From assembly GCA_963736115.1 (NCBI GenBank), contig CAVTNR010000014.1:32001-96000 (forward strand): a stretch of 64,000 nucleotides of DNA, in the 5' to 3' direction. Shown piece after piece: positions 10,290-19,660 of the stretch (position 1 is its first letter; each line of letters opens with the position of its first letter). The position numbers and the translations under genes were made by a program. The notes under the pieces were generated by a model. The model did not search any database, had not been told where the DNA came from, and worked only from the letters and a program-made list of their open reading frames with translations. The DNA comes from an uncultured bacterium. GTDB taxonomy: Bacteria; Zhuqueibacterota; QNDG01; DTFT01.

Positions 10290-11379
10290 ATGCGGATCCT
10301 TCATTTCGCGGCGGAAAACGTCGCAGGAGTGCCCGGCACGATGGTCCGCGCCGAGCGCCGAGCTGGGGCACGACAGTCTGCTGATGACACTGATCCCTTC
10401 CGCGCATGGAATCGCGGACGGGGAGTTCTGCCTGAATCTGCCGTTCGTGCGCTCGACTTCGGTGCGCCGCATCAAAGCGATCCTGCATCCGGATTCCGTC
10501 AGCGTCGGAACCCACCGGCGCGGCGGGACGACCGGCCTTCCCCCTGTCTGGGCGCCCGCCAACGGATTACAGGCGTTTCTCCTCCGGATCCGTGACCGGG
10601 TCTGGGAACCGGCCGTCCGGCGCGCGCTCAGGCGCGTCCGCATCGAAGACGTCGACATCGTTTTTCTGGACAGCGGCCTCGGGTTTCTCAGAAACGACAC
10701 AATCGCGGCCGGTCTGAAAGCGAAGGGAAAACGGATCGCCGTGGGTTATTTCGGCAGCGATCTGCGGACCCGCGGCATCCTGCCGGAGATCGACCGGCTG
10801 GCCGACTTCCGGTTCACCGTGGAATTCGACCATACCCTGTTGTATCCGGGGATCTCCTTCGTCTATTTCCCCTTCCGGCTGCCCGGCTTTCAGCGGCCGC
10901 CGGCGCCGCCCGGCGGACGCATACGGATCGGACATTCACCCTCCAACCGGGCCACGAAAGGGACGGAAGCCATTCTCGGCGGATTGCGCCGGCTCGGCCG
11001 GGATTTTCCGGTCGAAACCGTCCTGATCGAAGGCCTGCCATACGCGGAGGCATTGTCCCTGAAATCCACCTGTGATCTGTTCGTGGATCAGCTCGGGGAG
11101 CTCGGATACGGTATCAGCGGACTGGAGGCCCTGGCCATGGGTATCCCGACAGCCGTTCAGCTCATGCCTGATTTCGACCGGTTTCTGGCCCCGCATCCAT
11201 TTATCTCCGTCACGGGGGAGGAACTCGCGGAACGCCTGGCTCCGTTCGCCGCATCGGCCGAGTTGAGGCGGAGCCGCGGCGAAGCCGGAATGGCCTGGGT
11301 CCGCGAACGGCATGACCCGGTCCTCGTGGTGAAGAGTATCCTGGACCGGCTCACCATCCATCCGGAGGCACGCGCGTGA
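10290..11379 (+). CDS. GT-B glycosyltransferase (GT4-like), one frameshift at about 10360
   Basis: MRILHF...AGVP N-terminus joins LGHDSLL... frame; HSPSNRATKGT, DLFVDQL, GYGISGLEALAMGIP. Confidence 0.78.
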
Positions 11380-12341
11380 TCGAGATCAGGAGATACGGCG
11401 AGGAGGAGTTGCGCCTGTGGGAGGCGTTCACGGAGGGTTCCAATAACGGAACCCTGTTCCATACGCGCGCTTTTCTCAACTACCATCCGCCGGGCCGGTT
11501 CGAGGACCATTCGCTGGTTTTCACGGAGGAGGGGCGGACGGCGGCCCTTTTTCCCGCAGCGGCCCGGACTGTCGAGGGGAAACGCATTCTTTCATCCCAT
11601 GCCGGCGCCTCGTACGGCGGATTCGTGTATTCGGAATCTCTCTCAGTGCGGTCCGCGTTCGATCTGGTCGCCGCCCTGGTGGACCATGCCCGGCGCGAGG
11701 GGTTCCACGCCATCGACATGACCCTCCCGCCCGTCATCTATCACATGCGGCCCAGCCACTACGCCGATTTTGCCCTGTACAAGAACGGTTTCACCTACCG
11801 GAAGAGGGAAATCTCAAGCGTCATTCCGCTGGACTTTCCCGAATCCGAAATTCTGGAACAGTTCAAGCCCGAGGCCCGGACGGCATACCGGAAATCCATC
11901 AAGTCGGGCGTCACGGTCCGGGAATCCGACGATTTCGCCGCTTTCTATCCGATTCTCCGGAAAAACCTGAAGATGCGGCACAACGTCGATCCCACCCATA
12001 CACTCGATGAGATTCTCAGGCTGAAGTCGATCTTTCCCGAGCGCATCCGGCTGGTGGCCGCCTATGTGGGCGGTTCGATGGCGGCCGGCGTCGTCAATTT
12101 CATCTGCAACCGCAAAGTGGTGCTGGCGTTCTACATCAGCCACGACGAGTCGTTCCAGGAGGTCCGGCCCGTCAACCGCCTGTTCTACGAGATCATCCGG
12201 TGGTGCATCCAGAACGGCTACGCGTTTCTCGACTACGGTATATTCACCGTGAATGAGGACCCCAACTGGGGACTCGGCAAATTCAAGGAAAGCTTCGGCG
12301 CCCGCGGTATCTTTCGGGACACCTTCCGCCGGAATCTGTGA
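11376..12341 (+). CDS. GNAT/FemAB-like acyltransferase-fold protein
   Basis: NGTLFHTRAFL.YH, SH.GASYGG, LDYG, GL.KFKESFGA. Confidence 0.8.
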   Translation: MIEIRRYGEEELRLWEAFTEGSNNGTLFHTRAFLNYHPPGRFEDHSLVFTEEGRTAALFPAAARTVEGKRILSSHAGASYGGFVYSESLSVRSAFDLVAALVDHARREGFHAIDMTLPPVIYHMRPSHYADFALYKNGFTYRKREISSVIPLDFPESEILEQFKPEARTAYRKSIKSGVTVRESDDFAAFYPILRKNLKMRHNVDPTHTLDEILRLKSIFPERIRLVAAYVGGSMAAGVVNFICNRKVVLAFYISHDESFQEVRPVNRLFYEIIRWCIQNGYAFLDYGIFTVNEDPNWGLGKFKESFGARGIFRDTFRRNL

Positions 12342-12384
12342 TCCGACCGGCGTTCCGGGAACCGCACACCAAAAAGGAGCGGCC

Positions 12385-13287
12385 ATGTCCTGGTTCAATC
12401 GTCTGATCGTCTGGGTGATGCCCGTTTTCCCCAAATCCTTCATCTGGATATTCGCCAGGCGGTATGTCGCCGGAAAGACTCTGGCGGATGCGGTCCGTCA
12501 GACGCGGAAACTGAACGAAGTCGGATGCACGGCCACCATCGACGTCCTGGGCGAGGACAACCGGACGATGCAGGAGGCGGATACGGCGAAGGCCGACGCG
12601 CTGACCGTGCTGGACGCGATCCGAGCCGAGGGGCTCCGCGCAAACCTCTCCGTCAAGCTCTCCCAGCTCGGGCTGAGGCTCGATCCGGAGTCCTGCCGTC
12701 GAAACGTGGAGGAACTGGTCTCCCACGCGGCTTCGTTCGGCAATTTCGTCCGGATCGACATGGAGGATTCCACGGTCACTGACGCCACGCTGAGCCTGTA
12801 CCGGGCCGTCCGGAAAGAACACGCGAACACGGGGGCCGTCATCCAGGCCTGCCTCAGGCGGAGCGAGGACGACGTCCGGGCCCTCATCGGCCAGGGGTTC
12901 GCGCATCTCCGGCTGTGCAAGGGCATCTACAATGAGGCGCCGGAAATCGCGTACAAGGGCCGCGAGGAGGTCCGCGAGCAGTTCCGGAAGCTCGCCCTCA
13001 TGATGTTCGACGCGGGCGCATTCGTCGGACTCGCGACCCATGACAGGGTTCTCGTCGACTGGGCCGTCCGGACGATCCGCGAGAGGAACATTCCAAACGA
13101 CCGGTTCGAGTTCCAGATGCTATACGGCGTGACTGAAAAAATGCGGGCCCGCTTGGTGTCCCAGGGATTTTCGCTCCGCGTGTACGTCCCCTACGGCGAA
13201 CTTTGGTACGCGTACAGCATGCGGCGCATGAAGGAAAACCCCGCAGTCGCCGGGCACATCGTCAAGAGCCTTTTCATACGGACCTGA
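12385..13287 (+). CDS. Monofunctional proline dehydrogenase
   Basis: RYVAG, SVKLSQLG, RIDMEDS, LRLCKG.Y, ATHD, EFQMLYG, YVPYG, RRMKENP. Confidence 0.94.
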   Translation: MSWFNRLIVWVMPVFPKSFIWIFARRYVAGKTLADAVRQTRKLNEVGCTATIDVLGEDNRTMQEADTAKADALTVLDAIRAEGLRANLSVKLSQLGLRLDPESCRRNVEELVSHAASFGNFVRIDMEDSTVTDATLSLYRAVRKEHANTGAVIQACLRRSEDDVRALIGQGFAHLRLCKGIYNEAPEIAYKGREEVREQFRKLALMMFDAGAFVGLATHDRVLVDWAVRTIRERNIPNDRFEFQMLYGVTEKMRARLVSQGFSLRVYVPYGELWYAYSMRRMKENPAVAGHIVKSLFIRT

Positions 13288-13291
13288 GACC

Positions 13292-13753
13292 ATGACCAAG
13301 GAAGACCGATATGAGGCCGCGCTCCGGGAAATCGACGTCCGCCTGGCGAAAGGCGGCGATCTCGTCGCGGACCTGGGCAACGCGGCCGCGGTGCTGAAAA
13401 AGAGGCTGGACGGCCAGGCGTCGTGGATCGGCTTTTATTTCGTCCGCGGAGACAAACTCGTCCTCGGACCCTTCCAGGGCAGGCCGGCCTGCGTGTTCCT
13501 GCCTTTCGGAAAGGGCGTATGCGGCACCTGCGCCGCGATGCGCGAGACCATCAACGTGCCCGACGTTCACGCCTTCGAGGGCCATATCGCCTGTGATCCG
13601 GATTCCAAGTCGGAGCTCGTCGTCCCCGTGTTCGACGGCAACGGCGCGGTCCGCGCCGTGCTCGACATGGATTCCGACCGGCCGGCCGCTTTCGACGCGG
13701 TCGACATCCGCTTCGCCGAGCGTCTCGCGGCGCGTCTGGCGTGCATTTGGTGA
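13292..13753 (+). CDS. msrC: GAF-domain free methionine-(R)-sulfoxide reductase
   Basis: WIGFY, LGPFQG.PAC, GKGVCG, VPDVH.F.GHIACD..SKSE.VVP. Confidence 0.85.
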   Translation: MTKEDRYEAALREIDVRLAKGGDLVADLGNAAAVLKKRLDGQASWIGFYFVRGDKLVLGPFQGRPACVFLPFGKGVCGTCAAMRETINVPDVHAFEGHIACDPDSKSELVVPVFDGNGAVRAVLDMDSDRPAAFDAVDIRFAERLAARLACIW

Positions 13754-13775
13754 ACCGAATCCGGAGAACCATTCC

Positions 13776-15245
13776 ATGAGCGGAACGAGGGAGACGGGAT
13801 TCCAGAAGCGGCTGGGGCTGTTCGACTGCACGGCCGTGGTGGTCGGATCCATGATCGGGTCCGGCATTTTTATCGTCAGCGCGGACATGGCCCGCAGTCT
13901 CGGATCCCCCGGACTCCTGCTCCTCGCCTGGGCGGTCACGGGCCTGCTCACCGTGACCGCGGCCCTGTGCTACGGCGAGCTGGCCGGCATGATGCCCAAA
14001 ACGGGCGGGCAGTACGTGTACATCAAGGAGGCCTATCACCCGCTGGTGGGGTTCCTGTTCGGATGGGCGTCCTTTCTGATCATCCAATGCGGAACGATCG
14101 CGGCGGTCGGCATGGGCTTCGCCAAGTTCACGGGCGTCCTATTCCCCGGCGTCACCGAATCGGCCGTCTGGGCGCAGTGGAAGTTCCTCAGGGTCACGCC
14201 CGTGCACGCCGTGGCCGTCGCCATGATCCTCCTGCTGACCTGGATCAACACGCGGGGCATTGTCGCGGGCAAACGCGTGCAGAACGCGTTCACTTCGTCC
14301 AAAACCCTGATCATGGCGCTTTTCATTCTCGCCGGTCTTCTGGCGGCGCGGAATCCCGAGGCCATCCGGCTGAACGCGGAGGGGTTCTGGAGCGCCGTCC
14401 GGTTTACGGAGCACGGGCCCGTCGCGCTGTCCGGGCTGGCGCTGGGGGCCGCCTTCTGCACGGCCATGGTCGGGTCCCTGTTCTCGTCCGACGCGTGGAA
14501 CAACATCACCTTCGCGTCGGACGAGGTCGTGCGGCCGTCGCGGAACATCCCCTTGAGCCTGTTTCTGGGGACCCTGACGGTGGCCGTCCTCTACATTCTG
14601 ATGAACGTGGTCTACCTGCAGGCCCTGCCCCTGCGGGGCGACCCCGCGGCCGCGGGCGTTTTCGAGAGGGGCATCCAGTTCGCCGCGGACGAACGGGTCG
14701 CCACCGCGGCCATTGCCGGACTGCTGGGAAACAGCGCGGCCCTGGTCATGGCCGTGTTCATCATCATCTCGACCTTCGGCTGCAACAACGGCATCATCCT
14801 GTCCGGCGCGCGCGTGTATTACGCGATGGCCAGGGACGGCCTCTTCTTCCGGTCGGTCGGCGTCCTGAACGGCCGCGGCGTCCCGGCGCGTGGGCTGGCG
14901 GTTCAGGCCGTCTGGACATCCCTTCTCTGCCTGTCCGGAACGTACGGCAACCTGCTCGACTATGTCGTGTTCACGGTTCTGCTCTTCTACATCCTCACCA
15001 TCGCCGCCATCTTCATACTCCGCCGGAAAATGCCGGACGCGCCGCGTCCCGTGAAGGCGTTCGGGTATCCGGTCGTGCCGGCCCTCTACATGGCCGGCGT
15101 GGCGATCATCATGGCGGCCCTCCTGGTCTACAAGCCGCTATACACCTGGCCCGGCCTCATCCTCGTTCTCCTCGGGATCCCCGTTTATTTCATCTGGAAA
15201 CGGCGCGCCGCCGCGTCCGGCCAGCCGGGACCCGCGCACTCCTGA
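13776..15245 (+). CDS. APC-family amino acid permease
   Basis: GSMIGSGIF, YGELAGMMP..GG.Y, about 12 hydrophobic segments. Confidence 0.93.
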   Translation: MSGTRETGFQKRLGLFDCTAVVVGSMIGSGIFIVSADMARSLGSPGLLLLAWAVTGLLTVTAALCYGELAGMMPKTGGQYVYIKEAYHPLVGFLFGWASFLIIQCGTIAAVGMGFAKFTGVLFPGVTESAVWAQWKFLRVTPVHAVAVAMILLLTWINTRGIVAGKRVQNAFTSSKTLIMALFILAGLLAARNPEAIRLNAEGFWSAVRFTEHGPVALSGLALGAAFCTAMVGSLFSSDAWNNITFASDEVVRPSRNIPLSLFLGTLTVAVLYILMNVVYLQALPLRGDPAAAGVFERGIQFAADERVATAAIAGLLGNSAALVMAVFIIISTFGCNNGIILSGARVYYAMARDGLFFRSVGVLNGRGVPARGLAVQAVWTSLLCLSGTYGNLLDYVVFTVLLFYILTIAAIFILRRKMPDAPRPVKAFGYPVVPALYMAGVAIIMAALLVYKPLYTWPGLILVLLGIPVYFIWKRRAAASGQPGPAHS

Positions 15246-15258
15246 ACCGGAGCGGATC

Positions 15259-15633
15259 ATGGAAAAGGACCTTGACGCATTCGCCGGCTACCGTGAACGC
15301 ATGAACACTGAAATCCTGGATTCCGGCAACCTCGACCTCAAACGGTTTTTCGCCCTCGACTCGGCCGTGTACCGCGAAGGAGCGATCCCGCCGAAAACCA
15401 AGGAGCTGCTCGGTCTCGTTGCCTCCCTGGTGCTCCGGTGCGACGACTGCGTGCTGTACCACCTGGTCCGGTGCGGCGAGGAGGGCGTTTCGGACGCGGA
15501 ATTCCAGGAAACGGTTTCCATCGCGCTGGTCGTCGGCGGGTCGATCACCATTCCCCATCTCCGGCGCGCGTTTGAGATGTGGGCAAAAATACAGGACCGG
15601 AAAAAGACGGATGGAGCTCAGGGAAAAACTTGA
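15259..15633 (+). CDS. Carboxymuconolactone decarboxylase/AhpD-family protein
   Basis: KTKELLGLVASLVLRCDDC..YH. Confidence 0.87.
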   Translation: MEKDLDAFAGYRERMNTEILDSGNLDLKRFFALDSAVYREGAIPPKTKELLGLVASLVLRCDDCVLYHLVRCGEEGVSDAEFQETVSIALVVGGSITIPHLRRAFEMWAKIQDRKKTDGAQGKT

Positions 15634-16861
15634 CCGGCTGGGTGTGGCCGGTTCCCGCACGCCGCCGGAAAAAGTACGGCGCGGGCGGGACAATCTGACC
15701 GATCACGTTTCCGGTTCGGAGTGCCGATCCGGTTCCGGACCGTATTTTCTTTCCAGCTCCGTCTTCCCGGAAAACCACGCCCATGGCCGCGAGCCCATCC
15801 GCGGATGGTTCGACATTCCACCCGATCGTCTCTCCTGGATGGGACGTGATCCGGCCCTTTCCGGCGCTGACCTGCGCCGCGCCTTATTCCTCGACACCGA
15901 GACCACCGGACTGGCGGGCGGAACGGGAACGGTCCCGTTTCTCGTGGGCATCGGGGCCTTCGAGGGAACCGGATTTCGGGTGGATCAGTATTTCATGCGG
16001 GACCTCGACGAGGAGAGGGCCGCGCTCGAAGCCGTGGCCGGCCGGCTGGAGGAGGCCGGACTGCTCGTCTCCTACAACGGAAAATGCTTCGACGCCACCC
16101 TGCTGGCCTCGCGGTTCACGCTCAAGCGCATGCGCACGCGCATCCGCGAGATCCCGCACGTGGACCTGCTGTTCACGGCGCGGCGCATCTGGAAGCGGCG
16201 GCTCGTCGACTGCAGTCTGTCGAACGTGGAAAACCGGGTGATCGGATTCCAGCGGCAAGACGACGTTCCCGGTTTCCTGATTCCGGGCCTGTACTTTGAC
16301 TGGCTGAGAACCCGCGACGCGGCGGGCCTGTCGCCGGTGTTCCGGCACAATGTCTGGGACATCCTGGCCCTTGCCGCGCTCGGATCCGCGGCCGGCCGGA
16401 TGTACGACCGCCCTCTCGAATCGATCCGGCATCCGCAGGACGGCATCGGGATCGGCCGGGCATTCGAGTCCCTGGGCCGGTTCGAGACCGCGGCATCCTG
16501 TTATCATCGCGTTCTGGAAGGCGCTTCCGGGAAAGAAGAACGGGAGGAGGCCCTGTTCCGGCTCGGCTTGACGCTGAAACGCTCCGGAGACTGGTCCGCC
16601 ATGGCGGCTGTATGGGAGCGCGCGGCGCGTGAAATCCGAAGTCCGATACGGGCCTGGGAGGAACTGGCCAAATACCACGAACATCGATCCGGCGACCTGG
16701 AAAGGGCGTTGGAAGCGGTGCATGCGGCCCTATCCGCCCTGGACATTCTGGAGGCTGTGCGTCCGGAGGACGGCGTGACGGACACACGAGACCGGCTCAT
16801 CCGGCGTCTGGAACGGGTCCATTCGAAAATGGCCCGAATCAAAAAGACGTTAGAACGTTGA
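15611..16861 (+). CDS. YprB/MrfB-like RNase H-fold exonuclease with TPR C-terminus
   Basis: FLDTETTGL, SYNGK.FD, H.DLL, HN.WD; ELAKY.EH helical tail. Confidence 0.87.
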   Translation: MELREKLDRLGVAGSRTPPEKVRRGRDNLTDHVSGSECRSGSGPYFLSSSVFPENHAHGREPIRGWFDIPPDRLSWMGRDPALSGADLRRALFLDTETTGLAGGTGTVPFLVGIGAFEGTGFRVDQYFMRDLDEERAALEAVAGRLEEAGLLVSYNGKCFDATLLASRFTLKRMRTRIREIPHVDLLFTARRIWKRRLVDCSLSNVENRVIGFQRQDDVPGFLIPGLYFDWLRTRDAAGLSPVFRHNVWDILALAALGSAAGRMYDRPLESIRHPQDGIGIGRAFESLGRFETAASCYHRVLEGASGKEEREEALFRLGLTLKRSGDWSAMAAVWERAAREIRSPIRAWEELAKYHEHRSGDLERALEAVHAALSALDILEAVRPEDGVTDTRDRLIRRLERVHSKMARIKKTLER

Positions 16862-16987
16862 CTCGTTTATACATTCGAACGTCCGGCGGTCGCCCTGAGG
16901 TTCACTCTTCTGATTTGCCCCCGAAGGACCTCATGACAGAAACGATTTCGACGTCGGATCACGGCGATCGACTTTACAGGAGACCCC

Positions 16988-17512
16988 ATGATATTCCTTA
17001 AACTGATCTCCAAACTCATCAGCATGCTCCGCTCCGCGGACTCGGCGTCGGGAATTGCCTGGGGATTCAGCCTCGGCGCGGTGCTCGGGCTGACCCCTTT
17101 TCTGGGCTTACACACCGCGGTAGTCATTCTGCTGATCTGTATGCTCCGGGTAAACGTATCGGCCGCCCTGTTTGCCTGGCTTCTGTTCGGCGCAGTCGCG
17201 TGGGTGCTGGATCCGGTTTTTCATACGCTCGGCTTTTACGTGCTCACCGGCATTCCAGCGCTTGAGCCGTTCTGGACGGACCTGTACAACGCGCCCGTCG
17301 CGCCGCTGACCCGCTTCAACAATACGGTCATGATGGGCAGTTGGATCGTGAGCCTGCTTCTCATGATTCCCAATTACATTCTGTTCCGCGCTTTCGTTCT
17401 CCGGTACCGGGAATCGTGGAACGCCAAAATCGCTCAATGGAAATGGGTAAAGGCGGCCGGCGCATCCGGATTTGTCCAAACCCTCTGGAAAATCCGCGGA
17501 TTGGAGGTCTGA
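16988..17512 (+). CDS. TIGR03546-like membrane protein
   Basis: LDPVFH.LG..VL, LYNAP....TRFNNTVMMGS; paired with the next gene. Confidence 0.78.
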   Translation: MIFLKLISKLISMLRSADSASGIAWGFSLGAVLGLTPFLGLHTAVVILLICMLRVNVSAALFAWLLFGAVAWVLDPVFHTLGFYVLTGIPALEPFWTDLYNAPVAPLTRFNNTVMMGSWIVSLLLMIPNYILFRAFVLRYRESWNAKIAQWKWVKAAGASGFVQTLWKIRGLEV

Positions 17513-17513
17513 C

Positions 17514-19424
17514 ATGGGAACAAAACAGACACCGCGGCCCAAGGGATGGATACGCTGGAACGGTCTCATCGCAGCTGTCGTGCTTGCGGCGGGCTGGTTG
17601 CTGATCACCACCGTGTTCATGGACCGATGGCTGGAATGGGGCGTCGAGAAGGCGGGGGAGGAAGCCCTCGGGGCGAAAGTCGAAATAGACGGATTCGATT
17701 TGAAGCTTTCAGACCTGTCCGTCCGCTGGACCCGCCTGCAGGCCGCTGATCCCGGCCGGCCCATGCGGAATATCCTCGAAACAGGCCGGAACTCATTCCG
17801 GATGAATCCCACGGCTTTGCTGAGGAAGCGGTTCGTCATCGAGGAGATGATCCTGGAGGACGTTCGCTCCGGAACGGCGCGCCGGACGGACGGATCCCTG
17901 GCCCGGAAGCCGAAGCTGGCCCGAAAAATCCGGTCCGATTTCATCGAAGAAGTCAAGGCCGATATCCGGAAGGACGTGGAAGCCCTGCCGAAAATGAATT
18001 TTGACCCGGCCTTATTCAGGCGCAGGCTGAACGTGGACAGCCTCATCGCCCTGTCCGGCATCCGGAGCGTCCATCGCATTGATTCCGTCCGGAAAGAGGG
18101 AATCGCCGCGGCCGCAGGATGGACGGCCTTTCAGAAAAGCTTCCGACCGGACGAGGAACTGAAGCGCATCCGGGACGATTTTGAAGGTCTCGACCCGCAA
18201 GGAATCAAAACTGTTCAGGAGGGGCTTGCGCTGGTCGACAAAGCGGTAACGGCCCGGAAAAACCTGACCGCGATCGCGGACACGTTCGACGTGCGGCAGA
18301 GGGCGATACGCTCGGACATCCGTAGATTTTCCGCGGTTCCGGATCAGCTGGCCGGCTGGATTCAGGAGGATTACCGGACCGTGGCGGAAAAGGCGAAACT
18401 GCCGGACCTGTCGTTCCGCGCCATCGCCAAGAAACTCATCGGAGGCACTTTGGCATCCGCATCGGATTTTGTTCTCGACGCGTATCAAGGCCTCCTGGAA
18501 CAGCTTCCCCGGAAAGCCAAACCCGAGAAGCGATCCCGCCCCCGTTTCAAGGGCCAGGATATTCATTTCGAGGATCGGCACGAGGCGCCTGCTTTTCTCA
18601 TCCGCAGAATGAGCCTGTCCGGCCGGGTGGAGCCCGGTTCCGCTTACACGGACGTCAGCCTGTCCGGCAAGGCGGAAAACATCACGAACCAGCCCTGGAT
18701 CACCGGAAAGCCCATGACCGTGGACATCACCGCCCGGGCCCCGGACGGCCGCACCGCCGTGCTGAACGGCATCCTGAACCGCGTCTCGGAAGCGGCCAGT
18801 GATGACTTCCGCGTTCGGGTGTCCCATCTCAGTCTGAACAGCGTCAGGATTATGAACTCCGAATACCTGCCCTCGGTCATCCGGAAAGGCCGAATGGATC
18901 TCGACCTGACCCTCCGGTTCCGGGAAAACGACTTTTCCGCGAGGCTCAACGCGGACGCCTCAGGCGTGGTTTTCGACTCTCTGGCCCATGCGTCCAGCGA
19001 CCTGTTCGCGGGTGTCGTGCAGTCCGTTATCGGGAAACTGGACCGCATCACGCTGGACGTGGCCGCGGACCGGAATCCCCGAGGCTTTCGTTTCAGCGTT
19101 GATTCCAATATCGACGAAGTGGCGTTGCGGGAGCTCCGGAGCCTCGGAGCCAAGGCTGTGGCCGACGCCGAGGCCCGGATTCGCTCGAAGCTGGTTGGGA
19201 TACGAGACGAGAAACTCGCGGAGTTCGAGGCTTCCGTCGGCGCAAAATACAAGGGTGTCGGGGAATTTCTGGACGGCTATGAGAAATGGATAGGGGATGA
19301 CCGATCGCTCCTCGACGGCAAAATCGAAGCCCTGAAAAAGGAAATCGACAAGCGCAAAAAGGCTGAGGAGAACAAGCTGAAGGACAGGGCGAAAGAAGCG
19401 CTGGATGGGGTGCTGAACAGATGA
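17514..19424 (+). CDS. TIGR03545-like protein (AsmA-like, membrane anchored)
   Basis: IRWNG + TM helix, GAKVEI, ADP..PMRN, R.KG.DI.F, SNID, coiled-coil tail. Confidence 0.78.
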   Translation: MGTKQTPRPKGWIRWNGLIAAVVLAAGWLLITTVFMDRWLEWGVEKAGEEALGAKVEIDGFDLKLSDLSVRWTRLQAADPGRPMRNILETGRNSFRMNPTALLRKRFVIEEMILEDVRSGTARRTDGSLARKPKLARKIRSDFIEEVKADIRKDVEALPKMNFDPALFRRRLNVDSLIALSGIRSVHRIDSVRKEGIAAAAGWTAFQKSFRPDEELKRIRDDFEGLDPQGIKTVQEGLALVDKAVTARKNLTAIADTFDVRQRAIRSDIRRFSAVPDQLAGWIQEDYRTVAEKAKLPDLSFRAIAKKLIGGTLASASDFVLDAYQGLLEQLPRKAKPEKRSRPRFKGQDIHFEDRHEAPAFLIRRMSLSGRVEPGSAYTDVSLSGKAENITNQPWITGKPMTVDITARAPDGRTAVLNGILNRVSEAASDDFRVRVSHLSLNSVRIMNSEYLPSVIRKGRMDLDLTLRFRENDFSARLNADASGVVFDSLAHASSDLFAGVVQSVIGKLDRITLDVAADRNPRGFRFSVDSNIDEVALRELRSLGAKAVADAEARIRSKLVGIRDEKLAEFEASVGAKYKGVGEFLDGYEKWIGDDRSLLDGKIEALKKEIDKRKKAEENKLKDRAKEALDGVLNR

Positions 19425-19452
19425 TGGGTGGTCGGCGTCCGTTTCTGCCAGA

Positions 19453-19653
19453 GTTCATAGTTCATGGTTCATAGTTCATTGTTTAAAGAGAATTAAATAA
19501 ACGAATCGAATTTTATCATATCCGGAATTATAAAAATGTCCAAAGGCCTCGTCCGCTTCGCGGCTTCGGCATTTCGGACCTACAGCTAACTTTTTCAACT
19601 CGGAACTCGGAACGTTTTTTTTAACTATGAACCATGAACTATGAACCATGAAC
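19453..19653. repeat. Inverted heptamer-array element 2 with nested REP-like hairpin
   Basis: GTTCATA GTTCATG GTTCATA GTTCATT at 19453-19480; TATGAAC CATGAAC TATGAAC CATGAAC at 19626-19653. Confidence 0.9.
19538..19583 (-). repeat. REP-like element (GTAG-GTCCGAAATG... family), copy 1
   Basis: GTCCAAAGGCC...GGCATTTCGGACCTAC; same ends as 36191-36234. Confidence 0.65.
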
Positions 19654-19660
19654 TTTGAAG

